Below, piece after piece: positions 45,866-54,478 of a stretch of DNA of 59,918 nt. Under the pieces are notes generated by a model. That model saw only the letters and a program-made list of their open reading frames with translations. It was not told the DNA's origin and did no database searches. Origin of the DNA: an uncultured Pseudomonadota bacterium (GTDB taxonomy: Bacteria; Pseudomonadota; Alphaproteobacteria; Rs-D84); the NCBI GenBank assembly GCA_947303585.1, contig CAMYYT010000003.1, positions 1 to 59,918 of the forward strand, read 5' to 3'. Position 1 is the stretch's first letter. Each line of letters starts with the position of its first letter. Made by a program: the position numbers and the translations under genes.

Positions 45866-46294
45866 ATGACGACGGACTTTACATCTGTGGTTAAGTTATT
45901 TTTTGCCTCTGTGTATAGGTATGTAGACAGGGCGAGTTTTTCTTGTTGCAAAGATGATGCAGATAAAGCTGTTCAAGAAGTCAAAAATATAGAAGCAAAA
46001 ATTTATGATTTAATTACAGAGCGCTGTAAATCAGGTTATAATGCGTATGTCTTGTATCGTAAACAGTATAGTATATGGGCTTTTGAATATACCGGTTTAG
46101 ATAAGGTTTTGATTGATAAAAATGTTTGGTTTGCATATAAACAAGTGATAGACAAAATTTGTGAATATTACAGTGTTGTAATCCCAAGAGATATAAGAGT
46201 TATACAGGCTTTTAGACTTTGGATGTGTGCGATAATGGCTTCTAATTTGAAATTAGTTTTTAAAGCAAAAAATGTCAAAAAAAGGTCGAAATAA
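45866..46294 (+). CDS. Hypothetical protein (142 aa; start uncertain, 45821 or 45866)
   Basis: ORF between typA and serS with no signal peptide and no recognised family. The ORF-track start at 45677 overlaps typA and lies upstream of the promoter. Confidence 0.45.
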   Translation: MTTDFTSVVKLFFASVYRYVDRASFSCCKDDADKAVQEVKNIEAKIYDLITERCKSGYNAYVLYRKQYSIWAFEYTGLDKVLIDKNVWFAYKQVIDKICEYYSVVIPRDIRVIQAFRLWMCAIMASNLKLVFKAKNVKKRSK

Positions 46295-46309
46295 AAAATA
46301 TTTTTTTGC

Positions 46310-46336
46310 TTGACATTGTTATTTTTTGTCTATACT
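46310..46336 (+). promoter_or_regulatory. Candidate promoter: TTGACA, 15-nt spacer, TATACT
   Basis: Shares TTGACA...TTTGTCTATA with the 45794 promoter. The spacer is short (15 nt), so confidence is low. Confidence 0.35.
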
Positions 46337-46383
46337 GTATATATATATGTAATTTGTGTATACAAAATAAAAGAGGGTACAAA

Positions 46384-46914
46384 ATGCTTATAATTAACAT
46401 AGATAGAACTGTTGAAACGTTGTTAAACAAATACGTGCAGCACTGTGCAAGGGTTTTGGAAAACAAACGCAAAAGTTTTGCAAAAATGAAGAATGTGACA
46501 GATTTAGAACGTGAACTCGATGCATATAATGAAAGTTTGAAATCTTACGAATTTTTAAAAAAAGTCGCAAAAAATCCAAAAGCGTATTTATATTCTGGTC
46601 AAGATATTTTCTATACTGAATTACAAAATGGTGAATCTTTATATTCTAAATTACAGCATGTTATAAATAATGATTTTGGTAATGGCACATCTTTGTTGGT
46701 TCGTTTGTGTGAAGCAATCGCGCATCATGTATCTAGCCCTTTTGAAAACAAAGGTGATTGGGAATATTGGTCTGGTAAGTGTGATATGGATGCCGAACAA
46801 ATTTTAAAAATAAACAAAATAGTGAATTTATTGGATGCAAATGATTTTGTTAAATCTTTAAAAGACATTTTGCCAGTACGCGCCTTTGTTCCACGTGAAG
46901 CACAAACAAAATAA
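46384..46914 (+). CDS. Hypothetical protein (176 aa)
   Basis: SD AAGAGGG 7 nt upstream of ATG 46384. No signal peptide and no recognised family. Confidence 0.5.
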   Translation: MLIINIDRTVETLLNKYVQHCARVLENKRKSFAKMKNVTDLERELDAYNESLKSYEFLKKVAKNPKAYLYSGQDIFYTELQNGESLYSKLQHVINNDFGNGTSLLVRLCEAIAHHVSSPFENKGDWEYWSGKCDMDAEQILKINKIVNLLDANDFVKSLKDILPVRAFVPREAQTK

Positions 46915-46941
46915 AAAAATCGCCCGTTTGGGCGATTTTTT
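46914..46941. terminator. Bidirectional Rho-independent terminator
   Basis: AAAAAA ATCGCCC gttt GGGCGAT TTTTT between the 46914 stop (+) and the serS stop (-). Confidence 0.8.
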
Positions 46942-48220
46942 AATGTTTTCCACCAATCTTTGTTCTGCCCCCCATCAAAGGTTGTAATTTTTTTGGGATA
47001 TTTACAGAACCGTCTGCGTTTTGGTGGTTTTCTATAATTGGAACCAAAGCGCGAGGCAGGGCGATTCCTGTGCAATTCAGGGTTGCGACAAATTTCACTT
47101 CGCCTGTGGCATTTTCGCGATAACGTGTATTTATTCTGCGTGCCTGGAATTGTCCAATTGATGAACAAGAACCCAATTCACGATAAGAATTTTCAGATGG
47201 GAACCAAGCTTCTACATCATTCATTTTGACTTTGTTAAATCCCATGTCCCCAGTAGAATTTGCAATCACACGATAAGGTAATTCAAAATCTTCCATTAAT
47301 TCACACATATTATTTAATATGAGTTCGTGCATTTCGTCGCTTTGTTCTGGTTTACAAAATATGTATTGTTCAACCTTGTTAAATTGATGTACACGGACGA
47401 TTCCGCGGGTGTCACGACCTGCGGCGCCAGCTTCTTTGCGAAAACATTGTGAAAAACCAGCATATTTTATCGGTAATTCATTTTCGTTTAATATTTCGTC
47501 AGCATGCAAAGAATTTAAAATAATTTCTGATGTGCCAGCCAAACATCTGTCTGTGTTTGTTAACATAAATACATCATCGTTCATCACAGCCAAATCAGAA
47601 CCCATAAAATGACCAGCGTTAAATATTGTTTGTGGTTTTGTTATAGATGGACATTCTATGTATTTAAATCCTTTGGCAATTAATTTTTGAATTGTATAGG
47701 TTTGCACAGCTAAATCTAGTTCTGCCAATTCGCCACATAACGCATAAACGCGAGTGCCACAAATATTTGCGATTTTTTCTGGCATCCACCAACCGTTCAT
47801 ATCTAATAATTCCCATTGTGGACGAGGCGTAAAATCAAATTTTGGAATATCGCCTATACGGCGGATTTCAACGTTTGTAGATTCGTCGTCGCCGACAGGA
47901 GATTTACTGTCTGGGATTTGTGGAACACGATGAAGCAAGTCATTTAATATAACTTCTTTCTCGGCCAATTCAGCCATATCATTTGCGATTTCTTCGCTTA
48001 TCGCTTTTGATTTAGCAATTAATGTTACCTTGTCAGAACTGGTTGGTATTTCTTTAGATATTTTATTTTTTTCAGCGGTTTTTGTTTGCGTTATTGTTTT
48101 TAATTCGCGGACACGAACATCCAATTTCAAAATATCGTCAACCACATCAGGAAAATTTTTAACCTTGCAGGCATTTTTTACGATATCTGGATTTTCACGA
48201 ATAAATTTTATATCTAACAT
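46940..48220 (-). CDS. serS: Seryl-tRNA synthetase
   Basis: MLDIKFIRENPD..., class II motifs (FRKEAGAAGRDTRGIVRVHQF, GTGIALPRALVPIIENHQ). 426 aa. Confidence 0.95.
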   Translation of the reverse strand: MLDIKFIRENPDIVKNACKVKNFPDVVDDILKLDVRVRELKTITQTKTAEKNKISKEIPTSSDKVTLIAKSKAISEEIANDMAELAEKEVILNDLLHRVPQIPDSKSPVGDDESTNVEIRRIGDIPKFDFTPRPQWELLDMNGWWMPEKIANICGTRVYALCGELAELDLAVQTYTIQKLIAKGFKYIECPSITKPQTIFNAGHFMGSDLAVMNDDVFMLTNTDRCLAGTSEIILNSLHADEILNENELPIKYAGFSQCFRKEAGAAGRDTRGIVRVHQFNKVEQYIFCKPEQSDEMHELILNNMCELMEDFELPYRVIANSTGDMGFNKVKMNDVEAWFPSENSYRELGSCSSIGQFQARRINTRYRENATGEVKFVATLNCTGIALPRALVPIIENHQNADGSVNIPKKLQPLMGGRTKIGGKH

Positions 48221-48234
48221 TTTTTATACCTTCT

Positions 48235-49131
48235 TTATTCTTTGGAATTTATATAAGCGATTGCATCCATAGCGGCGCTGCAACCAGTTCCGACCGCGGT
48301 TGCAATTTGCATTTTTATGTTGCTTTTAACATCGCCGGCAACAAACATACCCTTTGGTAAGGCTTCGTCAGCCAAGCGTCCCATATCATCGCGTTTAATT
48401 GTTTCAGATAAATAATCTGTATTTGCTTCGTGACCAATTGCAACAAAAATACCATCTGTTTCTATTTCTTTGCCGTCCGTAGTTGTTGCAACAAGTTTAT
48501 CGCTTTCTTTACATTGTTTAATAGATTTTAATTCAGTATTGAAAATACATTCTATATTTTCGCGTTCTTCGACACGTTCACGTAATACTGCTTCTGCGCG
48601 GAAGAATTCAGATTTACGATAAATAATTTTTACACTTTTTGCGATGTCGGCCAGATATAACGCGTCATTCAACGCAGCGTTGCCACCACCAATCACCAAT
48701 ACATCACGTCCGTTATAAAAGAATCCATCACATGTTGCACAATAAGATACACCATGTCCGAATAATTCACGGGCACCATCTATTTCAAGACGGCGGGCAG
48801 ATGCCCCAGTTGCCAAAATAACTGTTTTCGCATCAAATGTTTTGCCATTATCGCATACGACGGTAAAAGTTTCATCATCATTGAATTCAATATTATTAGC
48901 TGATGCAAATTCAAATTGTGTTCCAAAAGAAGTTGCTTGCTTTTTCATGAACATAATTAATTCCAGGCCAGAACCAGCCCAGCCCGGGTAATTTTCAAGT
49001 TTGGCAATTTCACCTGTTTGACCGCCAAGCGATGCGCCGGCCAAAACCAAAGTACTTTTTTTTGCGCGACCCGTGTATATAGCAGCTGTTAAACCTGCGG
49101 GGCCAGAACCAAGTATTATTGTATCGTACAT
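48235..49131 (-). CDS. trxB: Thioredoxin-disulfide reductase
   Basis: GSGPAG FAD motif, redox-active CATCDG, GGGNAA NADPH motif. 298 aa. Confidence 0.9.
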   Translation of the reverse strand: MYDTIILGSGPAGLTAAIYTGRAKKSTLVLAGASLGGQTGEIAKLENYPGWAGSGLELIMFMKKQATSFGTQFEFASANNIEFNDDETFTVVCDNGKTFDAKTVILATGASARRLEIDGARELFGHGVSYCATCDGFFYNGRDVLVIGGGNAALNDALYLADIAKSVKIIYRKSEFFRAEAVLRERVEERENIECIFNTELKSIKQCKESDKLVATTTDGKEIETDGIFVAIGHEANTDYLSETIKRDDMGRLADEALPKGMFVAGDVKSNIKMQIATAVGTGCSAAMDAIAYINSKE

Positions 49132-49218
49132 ATCTTTTCCTATCTTTTTTACCAGTCAAGCATAGCACAAAAACCATATCTTGCAAATACAAAATGGTCA
49201 ATATTATGTGTAAAATAA

Positions 49219-49716
49219 TTATTTTTTGAAGTATTTTTTTAATGTTTCGTATGCGTTTGTGATGCGGGTAAATTCAGCGGTTGATGACTTATCTTTGGCT
49301 GTGTCTGGGTGATATTTTTTCGCAAGTGCGCGATATTTTGTCCCAACTTCACGCCAAGTCGCAGTTATCGGTAAACCAAATACTTGCAAGGCAGATACAA
49401 TTTGTGATGGCACTGTTTTTTTTGCTGGCATTTTATCAAATGTAGAACGGCCAGTTAAAAAATCATTTAAAAACTGAATGTATTCTGATTCGTTTTTATT
49501 CGCTTTTTCTTTGTCTTTGTCAGCAATGCCGAATGTTTCGCGTTCCCATTCCGCGTCTATTTCATCTGGTGTCATATTGGCGTAATAATTCCAATTTTTA
49601 TTATATTCTGCGGCATGTTCTTTGCAGAACATCCAATAATCTTTTAAATCACGTGATTTTGGCGCACGACATGTGCCTGCTTTGGTGCAACCTGGATGAT
49701 CGCATTTTGTTATCAT
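49219..49716 (-). CDS. J-domain protein with a Cys-rich N-terminus
   Basis: C-terminal J domain with HPD (YRALAKKYHPDTAKD). N-terminal CDHPGC...C...C...H cluster. Confidence 0.75.
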   Translation of the reverse strand: MITKCDHPGCTKAGTCRAPKSRDLKDYWMFCKEHAAEYNKNWNYYANMTPDEIDAEWERETFGIADKDKEKANKNESEYIQFLNDFLTGRSTFDKMPAKKTVPSQIVSALQVFGLPITATWREVGTKYRALAKKYHPDTAKDKSSTAEFTRITNAYETLKKYFKK

Positions 49717-49718
49717 TT

Positions 49719-50582
49719 TTATATATCCTTGATTTTATTATGTGCCAATGGATGTGCGTTTTCAACTGTGTCGCGTAATTTTTCAGGCAAAACATGAGTA
49801 TAAATTTGGGTTGTAGAGATGTCTTCGTGTCCCAGCATTGTTTGTATCACGCGAAGATTTGCACCACCTGCCAACAGGTGAGAAGCAAAAGAATGACGCA
49901 ATACGTGTGGACTTACGCGGTGCGGGTCAATGCCAGCAAGGACGGCGCATTTTTTCAAAATCTTGAAAAACCCATCTCTGGTTATATGTCCAGATTTAGA
50001 ATTTGTTGGAAAGATATACCTAGAATCTGTTTCACCACGAATATTTAACCATTTATGCAGTGCATCTTGAGCAGCTTCGTGCATGGGGACCAGTCTTTCC
50101 TTGGCGCCTTTGCCGTGAATCAATAATTTGTCGCCCAGATTTGCAGACATTGGTAATTCACACAGTTCTGATACACGCAGACCCGATGCATAAAGTAATT
50201 CTAACATACATTTTAATCGTGCTGATGTTTTTATATCGCCAGAAGAAGATATTAATAATTCTATTTCTTCCGGGGATAAATATTTGGGCAGTGCGCGTCC
50301 GCGTTTTGGTAATTCAAGATTTATTGTTGGATTTTTTGTTATGATTTTTTCGAGCATTAAAAATTTATAAAAAGTACGCAAACTGCTTGCCTTGCGCGCA
50401 ATAGAAGAAGGTTTATCTGGCAGGTGCGACAAATAATTTTGTATGTCTTGTGCTGATGCGTTCAATAAATTTCCAATTGAATTTTCGGCATGATATAAAT
50501 CAGAAGAATAGGCCGATAATGTGTTTTTGCCACGACCTTTTTCTGCTGCCAAAGCTTCAAGAAAAATTTCTATGTATTTCAT
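49719..50582 (-). CDS. xerD: Tyrosine recombinase XerD (XerC/D family)
   Basis: NTLSAYSSDL N-terminal block, R...HGKG..R, LRHSFASHLLAGGANLRVIQTMLGHEDISTTQIYTHV catalytic region. Confidence 0.75.
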   Translation of the reverse strand: MKYIEIFLEALAAEKGRGKNTLSAYSSDLYHAENSIGNLLNASAQDIQNYLSHLPDKPSSIARKASSLRTFYKFLMLEKIITKNPTINLELPKRGRALPKYLSPEEIELLISSSGDIKTSARLKCMLELLYASGLRVSELCELPMSANLGDKLLIHGKGAKERLVPMHEAAQDALHKWLNIRGETDSRYIFPTNSKSGHITRDGFFKILKKCAVLAGIDPHRVSPHVLRHSFASHLLAGGANLRVIQTMLGHEDISTTQIYTHVLPEKLRDTVENAHPLAHNKIKDI

Positions 50583-50710
50583 GGATAAAGAACCGTTTCT
50601 GTAAATTCAGGGTTAGGCGCAAATGATATTATCATCAAAACTGATAGTAAAATTATTATTGCCCAGATTATGTATTTTGTATGATTTTTTTTTCTTTTGT
50701 TTAATGGCAT
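50579..50710 (-). CDS. 43-aa small membrane protein MPLNKRKKNHTKYIIWAIIILLSVLMIISFAPNPEFTETVLYP
   Basis: AGGA SD upstream. Basic N-terminus plus one TM helix. Its TGA stop overlaps the xerD ATG (ATGA). Below the ORF-track cutoff. Confidence 0.4.
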   Translation of the reverse strand: MPLNKRKKNHTKYIIWAIIILLSVLMIISFAPNPEFTETVLYP

Positions 50711-50719
50711 GATAAATTC

Positions 50720-51787
50720 CTAGATTGTATCGAAACTTGTTATGAATACGCATGCGCCAGCTATGATTATTATTTGTGGCGCAACGATTGCTATTAATGG
50801 TGGTAAAACTCCGGTGTTGCCCAAGGCATTAAATAGATTCACTATAAAATAAAGCCCAAAACAAGTCAAAATACCCAAACTAAATTTTATTCCAAAACTA
50901 TAATTTCTGCGCTGTTTGGTTTGAGAAAAAGCGATGCCTAAAATAACCATTGCTATCATATTCAAAGGCAAAAAGAATAATGTCCAAAATTGAACCAAGT
51001 GTCCACGCATTGAAACACCGATGTGGTTCATCTTTTTTATAAAGCCTGGTAATTGCCAAAAAGAAATCTGGTCTGGTTGAAGATATCTGTCCAGAATGGT
51101 TGTCGGTGTTAATTTTGTGTCAATGTGTTTGTTGGTCTTTTTTATAACGCCTTCGGAATTTATTATTTCTGCATTTTCAATATCAAATCCGTTTGGTGAC
51201 AGAATTCCTGATTTTGAAAAAACCCGTTCTTTGATTTTAAAGTTTTCGTCTTGAAGTAATATTGTTATGTTATCAAAAACAATATCTCTGTTTTGCGAGA
51301 TATGTAATCCGTCTGCACGGGCCATTAAAAATCCATCGTCTGATGATTCACGAACCCAAATAGCGTTGTCTACCAATTTCAATTGGTGACCAGTTAAGTT
51401 GCTGTTAGTAAGTTTCACAGAGTATGGGTTTACTACTGTTGATGCAAATATACCGATAATAAACGCGCCAATTAAGAAAGGTCTGGCAATTTGAAAAGGT
51501 GATAGACCCGTTCCAGATATTATTATTAGTTCTGATGATTTTGTAAGGTTATAAAATGCGACCAGCGTTCCCATAAATACTGCCAAAGGCAAAAATAATG
51601 GAATATATTCCAACAATCTTATCCAAGTGTCCATAAGTGTGGATATTGTGTCTGGATTAGCAGAAAGTCTTTCCACGAATGTTACCGTAAAGATTACACC
51701 GCATACTGTAAGCATAACTAAAAAGAAGCTCGCAAAAAAACGGCGCAATAGGAATAGTGTCAAAACATTAGGTTTAAATCTATACAT
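50720..51787 (-). CDS. LPS export ABC transporter permease, LptF/LptG (YjgP/YjgQ) family
   Basis: 355 aa. Three N-terminal TM helices, a periplasmic beta-jellyroll-sized insert, then three C-terminal TM helices. LLRRFFASFFLV start typical of the family. Confidence 0.75.
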   Translation of the reverse strand: MYRFKPNVLTLFLLRRFFASFFLVMLTVCGVIFTVTFVERLSANPDTISTLMDTWIRLLEYIPLFLPLAVFMGTLVAFYNLTKSSELIIISGTGLSPFQIARPFLIGAFIIGIFASTVVNPYSVKLTNSNLTGHQLKLVDNAIWVRESSDDGFLMARADGLHISQNRDIVFDNITILLQDENFKIKERVFSKSGILSPNGFDIENAEIINSEGVIKKTNKHIDTKLTPTTILDRYLQPDQISFWQLPGFIKKMNHIGVSMRGHLVQFWTLFFLPLNMIAMVILGIAFSQTKQRRNYSFGIKFSLGILTCFGLYFIVNLFNALGNTGVLPPLIAIVAPQIIIIAGACVFITSFDTI

Positions 51788-51871
51788 AATCTGTATTATA
51801 ATAGTTTGAAATCATAATTGCAAAATTAAATTTAATGTTATATTGTTATGTTCAAAACAAAGGTGGTATTT

Positions 51872-52342
51872 ATGGAAAGAAAACCAATTTCTCGGCAAGG
51901 ATTCGAAAATCTTGTCCAAGAATTAAAAGATTTAAAAGAAAATCAAAGACCTGAAATATTAAAGGTTGTTCAATGGGCGCGCTCTTTGGGCGATTTGTCT
52001 GAAAACGCAGATTATAGTGCTGCCAAAGAAAAACAGCGTCAAATTGATAAAAGAATTCAATTTATTGAATCTACCATTGAAAATTCACAGATTGTAGATA
52101 TTGATAATCTTTCTGGGGATCGTGTTGTCTTTGGTGCCAAGGTTGTCACAGAAGACGAAGACGGTAATAAAATGGAATGTCGTATTTTATCTGATGTTGA
52201 ATCTGATGGTCGTATGGTTATATCTTGCACTTCGCCTGTGGGGCGTGCATTAATCGGCCATTGTGTCGGGGATACTTGCGTGGTTAGATTACCAAGCGGT
52301 GAAAAAGAATTTGAAATCATAGATGTAAAATTCAAGGACTAG
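51872..52342 (+). CDS. greA: Transcription elongation factor GreA
   Basis: SD AAGGTGG upstream of ATG 51872. ARSLGDLSENADYSAAKEKQ coiled-coil tip motif. 156 aa. Confidence 0.9.
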   Translation: MERKPISRQGFENLVQELKDLKENQRPEILKVVQWARSLGDLSENADYSAAKEKQRQIDKRIQFIESTIENSQIVDIDNLSGDRVVFGAKVVTEDEDGNKMECRILSDVESDGRMVISCTSPVGRALIGHCVGDTCVVRLPSGEKEFEIIDVKFKD

Positions 52343-52343
52343 G

Positions 52344-54086
52344 ATGCCGATTCGTGTTTTACCAGATTTTTTGATAAATCAAATCGCAGCAGGCGAAGTT
52401 GTTGAAAGACCCGCAAGTGTTGTCAAAGAATTGGTTGAAAATGCGCTGGATGCCGGTGCTAATCAAATTATCATAGATGTTGTTGATGGTGGTCGCACGT
52501 TAATTTCTGTGATTGATAACGGACATGGTATGGGGCGCGAAGATTTGGCAAATTGTGTATTGCGACATGCTACTTCTAAATTACCAAACGATGATTTGTT
52601 GAATATAAATTTTATGGGGTTTCGTGGAGAAGCTCTGCCGTCGATTGCGTCTGTGTCTAATATGACCATAGATACTTTTGATGGCAAAGGGGAACATGGG
52701 CTTCGTTTGGATGCAGATACAAATGAAATAAAACCGTCTGATTGGGAAAGTGGAACGCGTATACGGGTTGCAAATTTGTTTGCGAAAACCCCTGCTAGAT
52801 TAAAGTTTTTAAATACTGATAAATCTGAAATGATGGCGGTATTGGATGTAGTTAAAAGATTGGCGATGTCGTGTAATGATGCTGGATTTGTATTGAATAA
52901 TAAATGGCGGTTTCCAAAGGGTCAAGATTTGATTGAGCGCGTTATTTCTGTGATGGGGGAAGATGTTCGTGGACAGATGTTATCCGTTGATGCGCAATCA
53001 AGTTCAGCAAATATAAGATTACATGGTTTTATATCAAAACCAACTTTGCGTCGTGCTTCGTCGGTGGACCAATATTTATTTGTTAATGGACGTCCGGTTA
53101 AAGACAAAGTTTTGGTTGCCGCATTGCGTGCGGCATATATGGATGTTATGCATGCGCGGGAATTTCCGCTTTGTGCTTTGTATCTGGAATTACCTTCCCG
53201 CGAAGTGGATGTTAATGTGTCCCCAGCAAAAACAGACGTGCACTTTTTAGAACCGTCTCATGTGCGTGCTTTTATAATTAAAACTTTGCGTGAAACACTG
53301 TCAAAAACTTTGAATGAAGATATTCAAAATACAGTTGTTGTTCCAAATACAAAATTTGAAATTCCAGTAAGACAAAGTTTTGTTGATGAAGACATAATGA
53401 AATCAAATTTATATGCTAAAAGTTTTGTTGCTGAAAAAGATGTATACGGTGAAAATAGCCGTATACAAGAAATTCGTGAAGATAAAAAAGTTGAACAAAA
53501 TTTAATAGATTCTGAATTCGATTTGCCACTTGGTCGTGTAATAGGGCAATTAAATAATAAGTATATTTTAGCAGAAAATAAAAATGGCTTTGTTATTGTT
53601 GACCAACATGCTGCGCATGAAAGAATTACATATGAAAAATTACGCAAACATGAAATAAAAACACAGCCGCTTTTGACACCTGTGGTTATTAATTTGCGAA
53701 GCGAAGAAGTTGATGCTGTGTTGATGATAAAAGATGAATTGCAACAATGTGGTTTGCTTTTGGACAGGTTTGGGGACACCGCAATAGCAATTTTTGAAAA
53801 GCCAGCTGATTGGGATTTGAATTGGGAAAATGTTTTGAAAGAAATCGCAGATGAAGTTCGTGCTTATGGACATTCTTCAAGGTTAAATGAAAAATTGCAT
53901 TTGAAATTGGCGAATTTTGCATGTCATCATTCGGTAAGAAGCGGGCGAAAGTTGAATTTTGATGAAATGAATGCACTTTTGCGTGATATAGAACGCACAG
54001 AGCGGGGCAGCGAATGTAATCATGGACGTCCTGTGTATAAAGTAATAGCGATATCAGAATTGGATGCCATGTTTGAAAGGATTTGA
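52344..54086 (+). CDS. mutL: DNA mismatch repair protein MutL
   Basis: IAAGEVVERPASVVKELVENALDAGA, DNGHGM, GFRGEAL GHKL ATPase motifs. C-terminal QHAAHERI and NHGRP blocks. Confidence 0.95.
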   Translation: MPIRVLPDFLINQIAAGEVVERPASVVKELVENALDAGANQIIIDVVDGGRTLISVIDNGHGMGREDLANCVLRHATSKLPNDDLLNINFMGFRGEALPSIASVSNMTIDTFDGKGEHGLRLDADTNEIKPSDWESGTRIRVANLFAKTPARLKFLNTDKSEMMAVLDVVKRLAMSCNDAGFVLNNKWRFPKGQDLIERVISVMGEDVRGQMLSVDAQSSSANIRLHGFISKPTLRRASSVDQYLFVNGRPVKDKVLVAALRAAYMDVMHAREFPLCALYLELPSREVDVNVSPAKTDVHFLEPSHVRAFIIKTLRETLSKTLNEDIQNTVVVPNTKFEIPVRQSFVDEDIMKSNLYAKSFVAEKDVYGENSRIQEIREDKKVEQNLIDSEFDLPLGRVIGQLNNKYILAENKNGFVIVDQHAAHERITYEKLRKHEIKTQPLLTPVVINLRSEEVDAVLMIKDELQQCGLLLDRFGDTAIAIFEKPADWDLNWENVLKEIADEVRAYGHSSRLNEKLHLKLANFACHHSVRSGRKLNFDEMNALLRDIERTERGSECNHGRPVYKVIAISELDAMFERI

Positions 54087-54151
54087 TATATTTTTGCTTT
54101 ACTTGCGTGGGTTTTTTTACTAGTGTTAGTCTATAAAAAAGGAGATTATTC

Positions 54152-54463
54152 ATGAATGAAACAATAGAAGTTGTTAATCAAACTGCTCAAGATGCACAAG
54201 CTGTTCAACAAAATGCTACGCTTTCTATGTGGATTTATTTCATTGTTATTGTGGCTTTTGTATATTTCTTTATGTATCGTCCAAATAAAAAACGTATGGT
54301 GGAATATCAAAAGATGTTGGACAGTATAAAGGTTGGCAATCGTGTCTTGGCTGCTGGTATTTATGGAACTGTGAAAAAAGTTAATGAAAAAACCATAGAT
54401 ATGGAAATTGCCAAAGGCGTTGTTATCGAAGTAAGTAAAAACGCGGTTGCAAGCATTGAATAA
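54152..54463 (+). CDS. yajC: Preprotein translocase subunit YajC
   Basis: 103 aa, single TM, YRPNKKR...GNRVLAAGIYGTV typical YajC. Upstream of secD. Confidence 0.85.
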   Translation: MNETIEVVNQTAQDAQAVQQNATLSMWIYFIVIVAFVYFFMYRPNKKRMVEYQKMLDSIKVGNRVLAAGIYGTVKKVNEKTIDMEIAKGVVIEVSKNAVASIE

Positions 54464-54478
54464 TTTCAGGGGTATGTT

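Noticed and set aside
46338-46348. A (TA)5 tract in the 5' region of the 46384 gene as a second phase-variable SSR.
   Set aside because: It has only about 5 units, in generally AT-rich DNA. That is too short to argue for slippage-based switching without population data.
49719-50582. Tyrosine recombinase as a marker of a prophage or integrative element.
   Set aside because: The sequence has XerC/D-type housekeeping motifs. It is embedded between the lptF/G-family gene and the J-domain/trxB genes, with no att-like repeats, phage genes or compositional break.
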